A stretch of 64,000 bases of DNA, taken from contig NW_002060946.1 of the NCBI RefSeq assembly GCF_000150275.1, positions 2,561,454 to 2,625,453 of the forward strand, given 5' to 3'. The position numbers were made by a program, and so were the translations under genes. Shown piece by piece: positions 1 to 15,100 of this stretch. Below the pieces are notes generated by a model, which saw only the letters and a list, made by a program, of their open reading frames with translations, ran no database searches and was not told the DNA's origin. The stretch comes from Trichoplax adhaerens (taxonomy: Eukaryota; Animalia; Placozoa). Numbering within the stretch: position 1 is the first letter of the stretch; the number at the start of each line of letters is the position of its first letter.

Positions 1-75
1 CGGCACCTACATGACGATTCGTATCAAGCCCTATATATCCATGATGCCGACTAATTAACGCAATTACTGATATAG

Positions 76-1576
76 ATTATGGAAAAGTACTGTATTCCTG
101 AATATAATAATGTTAATGATTTCCTGTCTCTTCTTGCGCATCGACTGGGCAGACTAAAGAAAGGTATCATTTGATGTCATCACATTAACTTTTAGATGCT
201 ATATCGATTATAATTACTTAATCGAAAAGTACTGTATAGACTGCAATTTTGCTAAGTCAGTATTAATAATTTAGGTGGAATTCCAAACGTTGAGGCTGCC
301 GCTAAAAGTATTCTTACCGACTGGAATAGGTTGCGTAAAAAATAGACTTACATATTTGCTATCTTAGAACTGATTTTATATTGCATAACTAATCCATATT
401 ACTACTGATGACAGTGGAAAGATATCCTACTATACGCACCCACCGGAGCAACATAAACTGCCTTCCCACATTTCTGCTGAGATTGTCACTGAATGGAGTC
501 AAGCCTTTGATATTGTTAGTTCCGCATTAACAATAACCAGGACGTTAATCCATCTTTGAATAGATAGTCTCTAATATTATCTTGTTATTATTTTGTAGAA
601 TACTTTATTAAACGATGAAAGACAAAATTTACGAGGTAATGCACAAATTTTTTGCCTCAATAACAACATATAAGTCAAATTGGGGCTACAGTATATGTAA
701 TCTTGTTGTTGTTTAGATCTGGCTATCGAAACTGATGTAGAGATGACAGATGCGGTAGGATTAAATCCTAATGATTTAATTGATGAAGAGAGTATTGGAT
801 CGGTAAGAACTCCCGTTGCATACAAACTGTAGCTACTTTCTATCCGGAACAACCGGATGCATTCGAATATTTTTTATAAGTACTTTTTATTAAGTAAATT
901 TTTCTGCAATCAATAATTATAATAGCAAGATGAATATAGTGATGATGATGATGATGATGAAGAGGCAATGTCTATGTCGGAAGACGAAGTCGATGACAAT
1001 GTTAGTGCAGTATTACACTGAGTAACATCAGCTTGAAAATATTAACTGAGTATCGTAAAGGGTTTAATGTATACGTTGTAAAAATATGCTATATCTATAG
1101 AACGAAGATGAGTTAGTGACTGTTCAGATACGGCCGAAGAAATCGCTATCTGAACCCTTAGTCAAACAGAAAGGAACTAGCAATTCTCCTAGTACATCAA
1201 ATATTCCAATCGAGAAGCTGAGAAAAAAAGTAAGTGACTTGGTATATTCGACAGTATACATTATCGCTACTGTATCTAAAATAGTTGTATTGCCATTATC
1301 TTGTTTAATTAAATATCTGTAATTGGTAACTAATAAAATGCATTTTAATATATAGCAACTTAAGAAACAACGAAAAGAAACTCGTAGACAGGGTTGGCCG
1401 GCTTTTATTAATTGCATTAGTAGTGATCTCTGTCTAAACTCAGTTCGACTTAAAATCTCATCTAACTTACTGTTCTTTTCTTAGAAGCCAGACTATTACA
1501 ACAAAATCCTGAAAAAGATCCTGACGCTATGAATGATTCCGATGATGCTTACAACTTTGCAACCGATTTTTATTAA
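76..1576 (+). CDS. GNL3: Nucleostemin/GNL3-GNL3L family nucleolar GTPase, 3' part (5' exons lie upstream of the window)
   Basis: GT-AG exons 76-163, 275-329, 415-514, 599-635, 717-802, 926-1000, 1101-1229, 1356-1392 and 1485-1576 splice in frame. They give ...[44 protein letters not shown]...[14 protein letters not shown]..., an acidic tract, and the ending [14 protein letters not shown]. These motifs are typical of the nucleostemin family C-terminal half. Confidence 0.9.
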
Positions 1577-3181
1577 TGTGATACTAAATCAATTTAGTAT
1601 TCACAAAACTGATTTAATTAATGTACTGCGATTGTATTGTATGTATCCGACCAATGTATTTTTATAACGGCATCATTTATGACGATAGTAATTAAGTAAG
1701 ACCAGATAATATTCTCAGAGTTTATGCATAGAAATATGTACATTGGTATTATAATAGCTATAAGTTTTTCCTTCAAAATAATAAAAGAGAGAAATCTTTC
1801 GATAATTTAGCAAGATCAATATAAATCATTTTAACTTTGAATTTGTTATAGCTTTATAAAAGTATTAATAGTGTACGACAAATATTTTCATATCGAGCAT
1901 CTAGTCGCATGATAGTAAAATAATTGAAGAGACAATCACTATTTCTTTCTTTTTAGGCACATAGTAGTGGCATGAAGCCGCTGCATACATGCAGTATACG
2001 TACTAGAATACGTTTACGTAACAGCTCTATAGAGATTTCTGTGCACTAGCATCATTATTTGATATAAGTAATGAATGCGTTGTTACAGATTACTCAAATT
2101 ACGATATGCAAAATGTTAGCGTATCTATAAAGATAACTTTAGCTAGAAATGTAGATGCTCTCGTTGACCGTTTTACCTGAAGCTTGCCTTTTATTCTAAT
2201 TTAAATATTGCAAATGGTTGAAGATGCATGGGCACAATTTAATATTAAATAACTAGAAACATATCCCAGATAGAATTCGAATTCAGCATTCTTACATGTA
2301 AATATAGCAAAATTGACTTAAGTGGCTCGTACTGAAGCTAACGTAATCAGCACAGTGAATAAATTTTTAAAAGCGGACATTGAGTATTGCAATGTTATCA
2401 GGTAGATTTAAAGGATTGCAAGATTATTACACATTAAACATTATCTTGCATCATGAATAATTTGAAGCAATGAAGAAATGCATTATAAATTACTAGTGAA
2501 AGTATACAGAATTGAGTTTATAGTATAATATCAGATTCTAAAATTAGTATAAAAAGAAATAAATTTAACCATAAACTAATCAACAATTTAATCCTTTTCT
2601 TTTTAAATTTAGATGCAGTAAATGGTTTATGACCAGAAAAAATGAGATGTAGGAATTTTCATCAATGATGAGCTATCATGAAGAATATTAGATTAATGAT
2701 GTAAATAGTCAAATAAAGTTGAACATGCTGTTGATAATACTTGACTCAGTTTAACATAATATTATTTTAGGCAAAGATTATGAAGATTTTAAGCATGTGA
2801 TTAAATGAAGCATGAATAGGAAGTGTAATGCTTTCAAGATAGTAAAGTAGTACTAAATTGATATATCCATGTACGTCAAAATTTCATAATTACATAAAGT
2901 CGTAAGTGGCTTAATGAATTAAACGGGTATTATCCTGAGCGGAATGGAACGAAATAAAACAAGAACTGTTCTTCAGTATTTATCAAGTAAAGTACATACT
3001 TGTAAAGATATGAAAAGTCCTCATTAATAACATTAGAAAGGGAATTCAGATATAACGTATCAATTCATAGTACCTAGAATCGAAGTACTTGCTTCCTAAA
3101 TTTAAAATCTAAAATAATTAACAACGATATCATAAGTCCTAAAATAACTTATCCAATCCAGTTATTATTTGAAATTAAGGG

Positions 3182-6100
3182 TTAATCCAGAGCATGGCTT
3201 ATTGACCGAGTTCCTGGCAACGCACTTTCACTAATTTTACCGAATCTTCTCATCATTCGATAAAATTGTGTAAAAAATAATAGCGATAACATGATGGTTA
3301 CGCTAAACCAAATAAAGATTGTATCTAAGAGAAAATAAGTTTCGCCTGGCATAGCGCTTAGAACTGATCTTAAAGGGCCAGTGATAATTAAGGCCATCAT
3401 AAAATTATAATTAATTACAGTTAATAATTTAGAATCGTTTAATTCTTTCACTTCGACATTGCGCGTTGAATAGGCTAACAACATGCCAATGATTAATAGT
3501 AATGCTTTTTCAGTAGATAGGATCAGTATCCAGTAAGTTAAGTTTTTTGAATGACATTTAAAATCTTTAGTCTCTTGTCTTACATCAGCATTATCGACAT
3601 GAGTAACCTACAAATATGGAAAAATATTACAAAAATAAGAATAGATTGATATTGTAGCAAGCAATTGCCGTAGAAAAATTGACAATTTTGTGACGTTAAG
3701 ATGTCTCATGAATCTTATTTGTTATTACTATTTCTGCTCTTTAATTGATTACAAGAACGGTACAAATAGCTCATAATTTACCGCATATAATATAGAGCAG
3801 CATGATAGAAGACAAAGTTTGTCACCTTGATCTAAGATGGATAGTGATCTCGTTATTGTAACCGACAAAGTTAAAAAGTAAAGACAATGTGTACGTCAAG
3901 ATTGACGCTATGCTCTAGTAGCAAAGATTTATCCAGTAAGTCAAGTTAAGAACTATACAGTAGACGGAAAGTAATATCTGAATATAGTTCATAGAATACA
4001 GTAAACTGTACAGGGAATAAATTAAATTATATTGACTAAATAATTTCTTCAGATACCCTATGGGATAGAGCTATGGTAAAGATATATATTACTAGCTATA
4101 AATATGAAGTGATTTCTGAGTATAGATCGTCTAACAAATCGCATAATGAATAAATTAAATTATGTATAGTCTGAAATGATTTCATCAGATAGCCTATTGA
4201 GCAGCAGCATTGCAAAGGTGCAAGTTATTGTACTAGTTGTAAGTAAAGTGATTTCTTTACATAGATCATCTGAAAAATCATGTAAGGAATGAATTAAATG
4301 ATGTTATCTAAAATAATTTCATCGCATATCTAATTGGGGAAAGATGCTGCAAGCTGCATGCTACTGTCTGTAGATATGAAATAATTTCTGGATATAGATG
4401 GCCAAAAAATCACGTAGGAAATGATACTTCATACTGAAAAAATTTTATTACATTTAGCTTTCATTATTAGCTTCAGTAACTATGAAATCTTACTAACTTC
4501 GATCTTAACAGTTTTTTCTTGAAGCTGAAGAGGCTCAAGAATAGACCATAAGCCAAGGTAAATTACATCGATTAAAAGCAAGATCATAATCAATTTAATT
4601 AAACTCCTATCCAGCAATTTCTACAAAGCAAGGAAATGGTTTCATAATTAGGTAAAGGTTATAATAGTAGCTAGCCAAATTTATACTCCAAGTCAATTAT
4701 GTTTGGATATTACCACTTACCTTGCGTCTTGGTTTTGATTGAACACTGGTATAGACGATATAAATCCTGAAAGTTTTGGAAATCAATGCGGTATAAGCTG
4801 TAGTAAAGCCTAATGGTATAAACCATTTCCACATCTGCGTTATAAAATTGACAGGAAGTGGAAGATATTACACACGTAGAAATTCAAATTCAAAACGTAG
4901 ATGTTCTATTCACAACTGAACTATAATTATGGCAGCTTTTCTAATTGAATCTATATCATTGCGAATAGACAAGGACAAGCCTTCGCTTTTTGCTGATATA
5001 ATAGTAAGAGCTTTTAATAGCATATGATCGAGTTTTCTAATTAATTCTAATTATCTATATTTTAAGAGCCAAAAGGACTCCTTACATCAAGTGTGGAGAT
5101 CTAATCTATCTATTTTAAAATGGCAAACAACTCTATTTAGTCTTTCTCAGAACAGGACTAAGTGGATATTGAAATAAACTAATTTGATATGATAATATAT
5201 TTCGCAATCGTACTATTACTAATCAATTTTTAAAACCAATTCAAACCTAATAGTATAGCAGGACTATTGTTAGTGACAGCGAGCAATAAAGAGTGGTATA
5301 TAAAATAAAATTATTATTAATTTACACTAAAACTAAAGTACCAAATTCTATGACTTCAAATACATTCACTATCCTCAATTGCTATCCTATTTTTATGAGA
5401 CTATTCTTATTTCGAAGCTCTTTTACGATCTTCAGCTAATCTAGAAAAATACTATATTTAGCTAAGAATATTTTCTATAATTGTAGCATTAATATTATTG
5501 TAATTTCGTCTTAGCTACACAACACACGATTAAAATATCCGATTACGACAACAAATAATCTACAACTTATTTTGTATCAATAAAGCAAAATAGTAAGGCA
5601 GAGTTAACTAGTTACTCTATCGATTCTATGAAAGATTGCTCTTAATAGATTCAACAATTATGCTGTATCATTAACATTTTCACTGTACTTATGCTGAATA
5701 CTGTACCGTATTCGTCGATGATCATGGAAGTTATTACAGTACTTATAAAATTTTATTAGATTTATTATTACTTCGAGCAGACTACTACCTTTACCCCCTT
5801 TATGTATTATTCCAAACACTGCATTTGTAGATGATTATAAATTTAATGTATCTCTAGTACTGATGGAAGTGTACTCGATTTATTATAACTCCATGCAGGT
5901 TGCGATCTTGGCCCTTTCTATGTATTTCTTACTTTACAGTAGAAATGTCATTAATCTGTTAGAAGCTGTATGTAAATGATTAAATTCTAGCCATTATTAC
6001 AGTTTCATAACAAAATATTCAATATTAAAATTAATTCAAGTATACAAGTATACGGTAAAGTAATCAATATAATAATAAAAGAATTTTCATCATTACTCTA

Positions 6101-9100
6101 GTTTGACTGAAACTAAAGTCATTATGATGGATTAGAAGTATGTATAATAGAATAGTTCTTTGAAAAATAGAGCATTGAATTAGTTCTAAACTGCTAACAT
6201 TATGCCGTACTGTTCATCTAATTAGAATGGCTATTCATGAATTTAATCTAATTTACTTTACGTATTTTATATGAAATATCTATAAAACATCAGTTTAATC
6301 TATGTGTACTAAATAGATTTAAATTATCAGCTTATAATACGACTCGTAATTATTTTAATCAGCGCTATCTGTATGATTTTAATGCTTATTGACAAATTGA
6401 AACTGCGCAAATAATAATGCTTGTCTATGTATTAATGTTATTAAATTACCTCGCATAATATTCTACCAGTGACGCCGGTCTTGATTAAATTTTTATTCAT
6501 TTCAAATAGGCTATAGAATATCAGTCCAGTATACATGATGATTGAACCAAGTGAGATTATAAAATTAATTCTTGGCGATAAAATTTTTATAGCCCTGATA
6601 AGAACAGATAAAGTGATTTAAAAAAAAATTGAGTCATGGCTAAGTGCTTTTAAAATTGGTACAAGATGATAAATTATAAAGAAATATGTGAATCTCTATA
6701 TTGAAATTTCCTGTTGAAAAACTTACGGAGCTTTGCGATATTTATGGTTCCATAGTGCAAAAGCAAAACTTATAGCAATTCCGATTGCTGATATAACGAC
6801 TATTGCTATTGTACTAGTAGATGGAATTTGCTTATAGTTCACTATAAGAATTCTATTTGAGCCATCACTAGGTATCACATCGCCTAAGCATTTTTAAAAC
6901 AAATCATACCAAATATTTATTGCTAAATTTGTGACTAAAAGAAAATTATTGGTTAAAATAGTTATTAGATACTTTTACAATGTGGATACTCGCTTTAAAT
7001 TAGTGATTGCCATAGGCAGACTGTATTTCTTAACCCTGTTCTATATTATAGTACCTTTCCATTGAAATTCATCAATCCACCGTAAAGTATTTTTGCTATT
7101 ATCGTAAATAGCAACAGGGATTTTTGACCCATCTTTAGTTATAGATTTGTTAATTATCAATTTAAAGAAGCAAAAATAAATTTAGAACTCATGCATTTAA
7201 GTAAGGGATCAAAAATATATCTTTCTTGAGCCTTAATAATAAATCTTATTGTAAGGCTATAATTTACAGCGATTTGAATATCATAAAAGAAATATTATCT
7301 TACTTCTCCATTGCTGAATAATCACAGTTCCTGCCCGATCGCCAGTATCCGTAAATCTCACCGATCCCTAAAAGAAAAATGAATAAGCCTCTCAATGTTA
7401 TCATTAATTGCTAAAATTCTACCGCTGTCTATTACTTTCTTTAAGCCCTTAGAAATCAAACATAATTAGTAACCCTTAAAAGATATTTTAACGTACGGTG
7501 ACGCCCTCGAAGTTCAATTCATAAAATGATTCCATAATGATATCTTTTATTAACTTTCCATGACGATAAGTAAAATTTTCCAATGTTAGATTGTCTGCTT
7601 TTGGCCAATTAGCTAATTTTGTCGCTGTTCTATTAAGAGCCAGTGCAATAGCCCATGTGGTGTCATAACCATAAGGATGGTATCGATTATAATGATAACT
7701 TTTATACGTAGGCCATAATTTAAGTCGTTCTTGATAATCTTGGACAGTCTAACAATGAAAGTGTTAACGGTTAAAAGAAGAACGAAGTTATCAATATTAT
7801 ATTCGCATAACCGTGCCAGTTTAAACCGTAAATGAACTATATATAAAGTAAATTTTTCGTAAGTAATGGAAAGAGAGTTCTTTATATAGCTGACATGCTG
7901 CTAATGGATTTTATAGAGCTATACGTAATATACAAAAGCATGTCAACTATGCATTTAATAAACAAGTTATGTACCGGTAACTATATTCCAGTGACCTAGT
8001 CAAATGTATAGTATTTACGTTATTTCTGTTCTGGATGTATTGCAGCAATACTACATTTGAGTTAATTTGTTTGCGATGGTCCTATTTATCAAAAGTATAT
8101 TTTATCAACTATACAGAAGCAACATACTGTATTATATATAATATTATACTTATGTAATTATTACTCCCAATATGATCAAGTTCATATTGTACTACGCTAT
8201 TAAACTATACAAGAATAGTATGATACTATGCATTTATCTAACCAGGCACTAGCCAATCTATTTCCCTAAACTAAACGAATATTATCTTAAGACCTACATG
8301 AGAATAAAATTGTATTCTTAAATGCATGTTCTGATTTTTGCTATCGACATATTTTGAATAGTAAAATTAGATATCCTTATAAGTAAAATACTTTGATTTA
8401 AACTGTAATAATAAAGATTATTTAAGTCGCACTAACAATAGGATAATGACGCTGATCTAATCTTTAATTTAGAACTGTAGTAACTGTAAGATTTTTCGAT
8501 CTCATACTAGGTCTTGCTAGTTCTAACATATGCAACCTGGAAACTTTGGCTTGTGATTTGCAGATCATAAATATGTAAGGTATATAGAAAGGATAGGCAG
8601 TGTGTAGAATTATAGATTTACTGTTGTCAAAGAATATGTATCTTCTACTGTTTGTTATATTATTAGAAACTTATTCCGATATGAAACACGTAATAGATTC
8701 TATTCTATTTCGAAGTGTTCGTGAGAATAAATTTCTTGCATTTAAAAAAGTTGGTTGCATTGCCGTACACTGGCAAATGAATAATATATTCTATGAATGG
8801 GCGATGTAAATGTTACAGTGTTAAATACTGTATTACAGTAGAAATAACTATGTTAGGATAATTCTGTTAGACTATCCTTATTTAGTTAACTTCTAATTTG
8901 GATATACTGTATTTTAATATAGCACTGACTTTTTATGACAGTGACACTTATACACATACTGAAATTATAATAGTTATAATAGGGAATGCAAATCATCTGC
9001 TTACAGTTCGAATCATTGTGATTGTAATTTACTTATGGTAGACTGTAAATTATCATGGAAATGTTCCGTGATAGGACATATCGTAATCTGACTATTCTGT

Positions 9101-12100
9101 ATTAGTCATTACATGTCTATGTTCGTAAATACTGTTGTCTGCATTAAGGGAGCAGTAGCTAAAATTAATATCTAATTCAGTAAATGATTCTAATGTTAAT
9201 TGTATTAACTATGACTCATGAACTATTGAGGAATAGTATATAAATGCAGTATATCGTGAAGTAAAGAAGAATTGTCCAACTTAGTGTTTAACGTAAAATA
9301 CGAGGCGTTTAAGTCTTTGTGTAGTCTGCTAGTAGAGCAAAAGTGCTCGTGATAGTGCAGATATCGTTCCTTGATACGTAGTTCAAGGAATTGACTTATT
9401 GATCGTAGATTACGTTATCTTGTTGCAAAGCTGTTTTGTGACAGTAAAACAATACTGATATCTTATTTAGTAATTCCGATAGTCTACAGATAGTACATAA
9501 ATTTTATCATAGCATAGTTCAATGATAGCATGAATGAGCAGATAATTCCACCAGATATCAAACTGCTGAAATGATAACTTCACGGTACGAATTACCGTGA
9601 AGAATTAAATAACTAAATTTAGTAAACTAACATTTTATATATGGTGACTACAATTAGTAGTTTACAGTAGGAATCGCTGAGGTTATAATGCATTCCAGTA
9701 AATTATATGTTGTATTGTAACACAATTCTTATATAGTTATTGAATACAGTACAAGCTCTTGTAACTGTCATTATGAGTAATGCTAGATTGTAGGTGTATT
9801 GAAATGATTCTATGGATAGGAGTACTGTACGCCAATTATGTGAAACCTATCAATAAACGCCCATATCAATAATTATTGTTGTTAGAAGATTCATCAATGC
9901 TAGCTACTGCCGAAAGGTATTTAAGCTCGATAGATCATTGAATAAAATTAGTTCTCTAGTTTTTTAAGTAGAGGCAAAGGCATTCAAGTTCTGAGAGAAG
10001 TTAAGGGATACTGAATTCCGAAAATTTTAGAAATTTAGAGATTCGTTTTTGCAAAAAATATGATAGCCCACTCCAAATAGATGCAAATGCAACTGATAAG
10101 TACAAGATTTGTCGTTAACACCGCTATAGTTAGACTATGACTTATGCTATATTCTACTATCGCACTTACCATGCCCGAGATTGTTTGTATTTCATCAGTC
10201 CTTACATTAATAATATCTGTTATAATAACTCCTTCTAAAGCTTTTTCCAATTCTTGAACTGTACAATCTGTATCATTAATTTTCCACCAGTAATCAGCAT
10301 AAAATCCCGATATAAACCAAACCCGTTGAGTATTTTTACCAGTAAAATTAAGTCGAATAGCCTAACAACATAAATCTTACTACATTAACATCACCAATAT
10401 AACGAACGGCTATGATGCTAAGGCAGTGATCAATTGTAAATAAATTACTTTTTATTTAATTACTAACAATCTTTAAAATATGTGGAAATAAAATGTAACT
10501 GGAAATTATAGTGTAATCCTAAATTGATTTGATCATCGACCATGTTTTAAGCTCAATTATAATATACTTTTGAGATATAGTCGACAAATTACTCTCATCA
10601 TCTTGCGTAATAGCTTGAAAATTAAAATACAGTACCATTAAGGGTTCTAATCCTTGCATTCAGATTAATAATAAAAATATAGTAAATTGAGGAATTTTTC
10701 GCCTATTTTATGCTAAGATGAACAGTCAATACGTGAGCTGATTAAGGAAAATAAAATTACTTTTTAGGTATCTATGACAAGCAAGATTGTAATTATAAAT
10801 TATATGCTCACAAACGTAGACCATGACCAGAAATGCAATCAAGACAGCTGATTGTTAAATGTAAAGAAATTAACAAAATCGTTTCGTATGTTGGATCTAA
10901 ATCATTTCTAGCAATAGCAATTCTGCTAGTATAATAATTTTTATAATATAGTAGTAATTTATTTTCAACGTAAATCTAACTGATAATAATTTAATTTTTA
11001 AAATTGAATCGGTTCTATCAGCTATAAAAGTCCTTGTGAACTTAATCTAATAAAATATTCGTGGTAATAATACTAATTTAAGCATTGATCAATATAGAAT
11101 TAAGCTACGTAGTTTAAGGGACGAATGGTTTGTTTGTAGAACTGGTTGTATAGCTAGTATTCAGCTAAAATTATTGGAATTGACTGTAGCCTATCCTCAA
11201 CAAAAACAAAATTCATAATACTGGATGGATTTAATTGCATTTTTGTTTTGAAAAAAATCTGACATACCAATAACAACTATCAGTAATACGTATGATTAGT
11301 AGATCCTTACCCAACAAAACGTCAGTCTAGCTTCCGAGGCAAACATGTCCAAAACTATAATTCTTGCGTCTTTTCTCTATGACATATTTTAAAAATTTGT
11401 ATATAAGCAATATAAGTATTGTTGCTTATACAAAAAGCATATGAAGCATATATAGTAAAGTATATCGTTTTAACATATGCTTTCTACCTCTGAAGATTAG
11501 ATAGAATTGAAATTGAGGCCTATTTTATTGCAGATCATAATTATCATAATCAATATTACCCCAGATTTGTATTAATTTAGTCATATATCAATTAGTAGAC
11601 TAGATTATAAATCATCAAATGCTCCTGGTACAGAAAAGAGTTAACTTTGATTATAAAATGGGTCACGTATTTAAGGATGTTTGTGTTATTTATGATAGTT
11701 GCAAGCATTCAGTAGAATTAATCAAATCTATTACTTTTATTAATGCAGTCGTAATTCAATCGTAAAGTCTATAGACTTATTACGTGCTTCAGACTGAAGT
11801 TAATTCATTTCCAATTCCAATCGGTAACCTGGGAAAAGCATGCATTCCCTCTACATACTAAGAGTTGAGATCAGCGATATAAGGTAATAATTTAAGGATA
11901 TTGTTAAGGTTATTTTCGAGATTTCTTATTTCTCCATGTTTAGAAATATTAGTAAAGTCTCTTTTCTTCCCATTATTATAATACAATTATAATATGTAAG
12001 AATAAATTTGGTTTAATATCCACTTCTTCACCATTAGTAGGTTACAAATCTATTTTTCTTTCTGTATCATAACTGTATTGTGCCCGTCAATCATAATAGA

Positions 12101-15100
12101 AGCCGATACAGAGCGATTTTATGTTATAGCTATAATATAGATTTAGTTCTGTAGCTCAATCTACAACTCATCACCAACAATTTCATCTCTATAATTTCAA
12201 ATTTGTATAGAGCTTAATATTATTTAACTAACACTGATTAATATATGTATTTATACAATCAGATCCAGGAATTCTAAGGTAATACTGAACTGTATATGGT
12301 ACCTAGCTAAACGACAGCATATCGTGAATTAATTTTATTTTTGGAGGAATCGTAAGCAGGGAATTTACCGGAAAGAACTAACTTTCAAATATAGCTAGAG
12401 CCCACCTTAGCTTCGAATAATGTATCTATTTAAAGAAAAATAGTAAATTCTGATTTATTACTTCAAAAGCACTTAGTCCTGCATAGCAAGAAATCAGTTT
12501 GGCAAATGGAAAATTATAATTCTAAATTGCATTAGCTACTAGTAAAACTATCCCAAAACTACAAAAAATGTTTATTATATCAGTGGAATTGGCTAGTGCA
12601 AGAATTTTTTAATTGTCGATTCAACTTGATCATATTCAAAATATTGACCCGCATTTAAATAATATCTTATCTATTCTATTAGTGTTATTAATCTTACCTG
12701 TAGGTTTTCAATTTGAATCTTCGGATCACGTCGGACACTTTCGGTTGTGACGATTTCGTAGTTTTTGATTTGTGTTTTAATAATATTGATAACATTTTCT
12801 GCTGTCTAGATATCACAATAAGATTCATTGAAATAGGAATATAGTCGAGTTAGATATGAATAAATAATTTCTTGCTGTCATTGCTATTTATAAAGAAAGC
12901 TCAATGTATTATTGCGGTGAATTGAATAATTCTTAACGGATTCATAAATTTTTCTTTACAATTTGTATGAGAAACAAGTAAGCCTGATGACTCCAGTAGT
13001 ATAATGAAATTGACTCTATTCCTTAATCTATTATATATACATTTATCAGCTCTCAATACAATTATCAATTTAGCTCATTTTGATGTAGATGATAGTCAAG
13101 GTCAAATAGTCTAGAACATTATGTGGATGAGTTTTAAATTATCTGGTAGATTCTATAATGAAGTTCATTTTATAGCTTAAATAACTGAAGCATTTTAGTA
13201 TTATGATTGGGTCATTCTCACCATTAAATAATTAAAAAAATTAATTAAGTATGGATAAAATTATTTTGAGCAGTAAATCAAAACTGTTATTTTCTCTAAA
13301 CAGCTACGGAATACTGGACTTTAAGATGCGACTTGATGCAAAATATTGCGAAGTTCATGATCAAATTTGAGTTCTATGGCTTTACTGTGGCAGTAAATAA
13401 AGTATAAGGGCTAACTAGCTAATTTTAGGTATCAATAGCTAATCTTAAGGGGTTGATGAACCTGCTACAATCAAACTTTATAAAGACTCTGTAAGATACT
13501 GTATACGCGTATAACGCTGTAAATTACAAGCTAGTTTGAATAGTGATCACAACTTGTTTTATACATTCCTGATTTGTTGCTAACTTGTCTTTAAACATTC
13601 CTAATTTTTTGCTGCACTCTCATTAGTAGAGAATGAAAATTCGATAAGACTTAATTGCTAATTGCTACAAATATGTAGACATGTCTACTATATTGCTTTG
13701 GTTGTCTGGATTTAAAAATAATAAAGAATAATGTTTTAATTTGTTTTGGATGTGATAATTCGTACGGTATAAACCTAAACTTTTAAGTAGAAAAATATGA
13801 TGATAAGTGAGAAATAATAAAAGCAAACAAAATTAATTTCGTTATACATCAATTATAATCATTTATGGGAAAAAGGAGTTGAATATACTGTAACTTCATC
13901 GTCAATATTGACGGCAAAATAAGAAGAATATCAGGATAATACTAGCCATAAATATCGAGAAATATCTCATTCTCCTGGCTTTCTCTTGATAGCTACTAGT
14001 CTAAATGTGACTACACGTATTTACAGAACAAACTTATTTTTCAAGTACCATATAAGAATACAAACCAGCAGAAAATGAATAATAAATATTCAAACGGACA
14101 CAGATTAGCAGATACCACTTATAAATGTAATAGGAGATAGTAGAGAAGTGACGTCAAGTCACATTAATGCTGATACTACTAAGTTGTACGGATATCTAAT
14201 AAATTAGTGAGCACACGATAATACGTTCAACTGGGGTACGTGCTATACTGGTGTAACTAGCACCTGCAGTTCATGTTGGCGTATCTGAGTGCTCATATTG
14301 TACGAGATTAGGGTTTTACTCATATTCAGAAACTGACCCAAAATTCAGAATCGTACGACCTAAACTAAAACCTAACGTAATAGGGCGAGCTATTACAGAA
14401 ATATATCCCAATTAGTCGTTTGTAGTATTATATAACTATATAAAAAATAAACAATTACGATAATTATAACCGATACAAAGAAATGAGCTATATTTCTCGT
14501 CTGCTAAGAGATGGAAAGCTCAAGATTACAATAGAAAATTAGAAAAAAATTAAAAACATATCTCAATTAGTCACTTCCGATAAAATAGTATTATCGAACT
14601 ATAAGAAAAATAAATAATAAAGATAATCGATGAAAAGAAAAGAGCTCTTTTCCCCGTCTGCTAAGAGATGGAAAGCTCAAAGCTAAAATAGATTACCATA
14701 GAAAGTCAAAAACATGATAGACTATTTTTACCGTATTCTATAGTGTTACTATACAACTTTAGCTATCGAAAATGAATTAAGTTGCCTCTTATAGAGATTC
14801 TATATAACTCACTGATTTAAAATATAAGACTGAAAGTGATTCCAATCTACAAAATAAGGGCAAGAACAATATTAAGAAATAAAATTGAAGTCAATATTTT
14901 CTTGAAAGCTATCCTTTCATCGTTTCTTGTTTCTATGTGTGATATACAGTAGTATATTAATTAATGTATTGTGCTTATTATAGTTAATAAGTTTACCATG
15001 AAAGATTATTAAGATTGAATTTTCAATCCACATTATTAGCCTTAAATAGCTGTTAATAATACATTAGGGTCAAAACAATTAAAATAAGATATCCATAATC

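Noticed and set aside
577-1417. Minus-strand ORFs 577-852 and 1124-1417, and the extended plus ORF 1116-1322
   Set aside because: They are antisense to, or intron read-through of, the GNL3-family exons.
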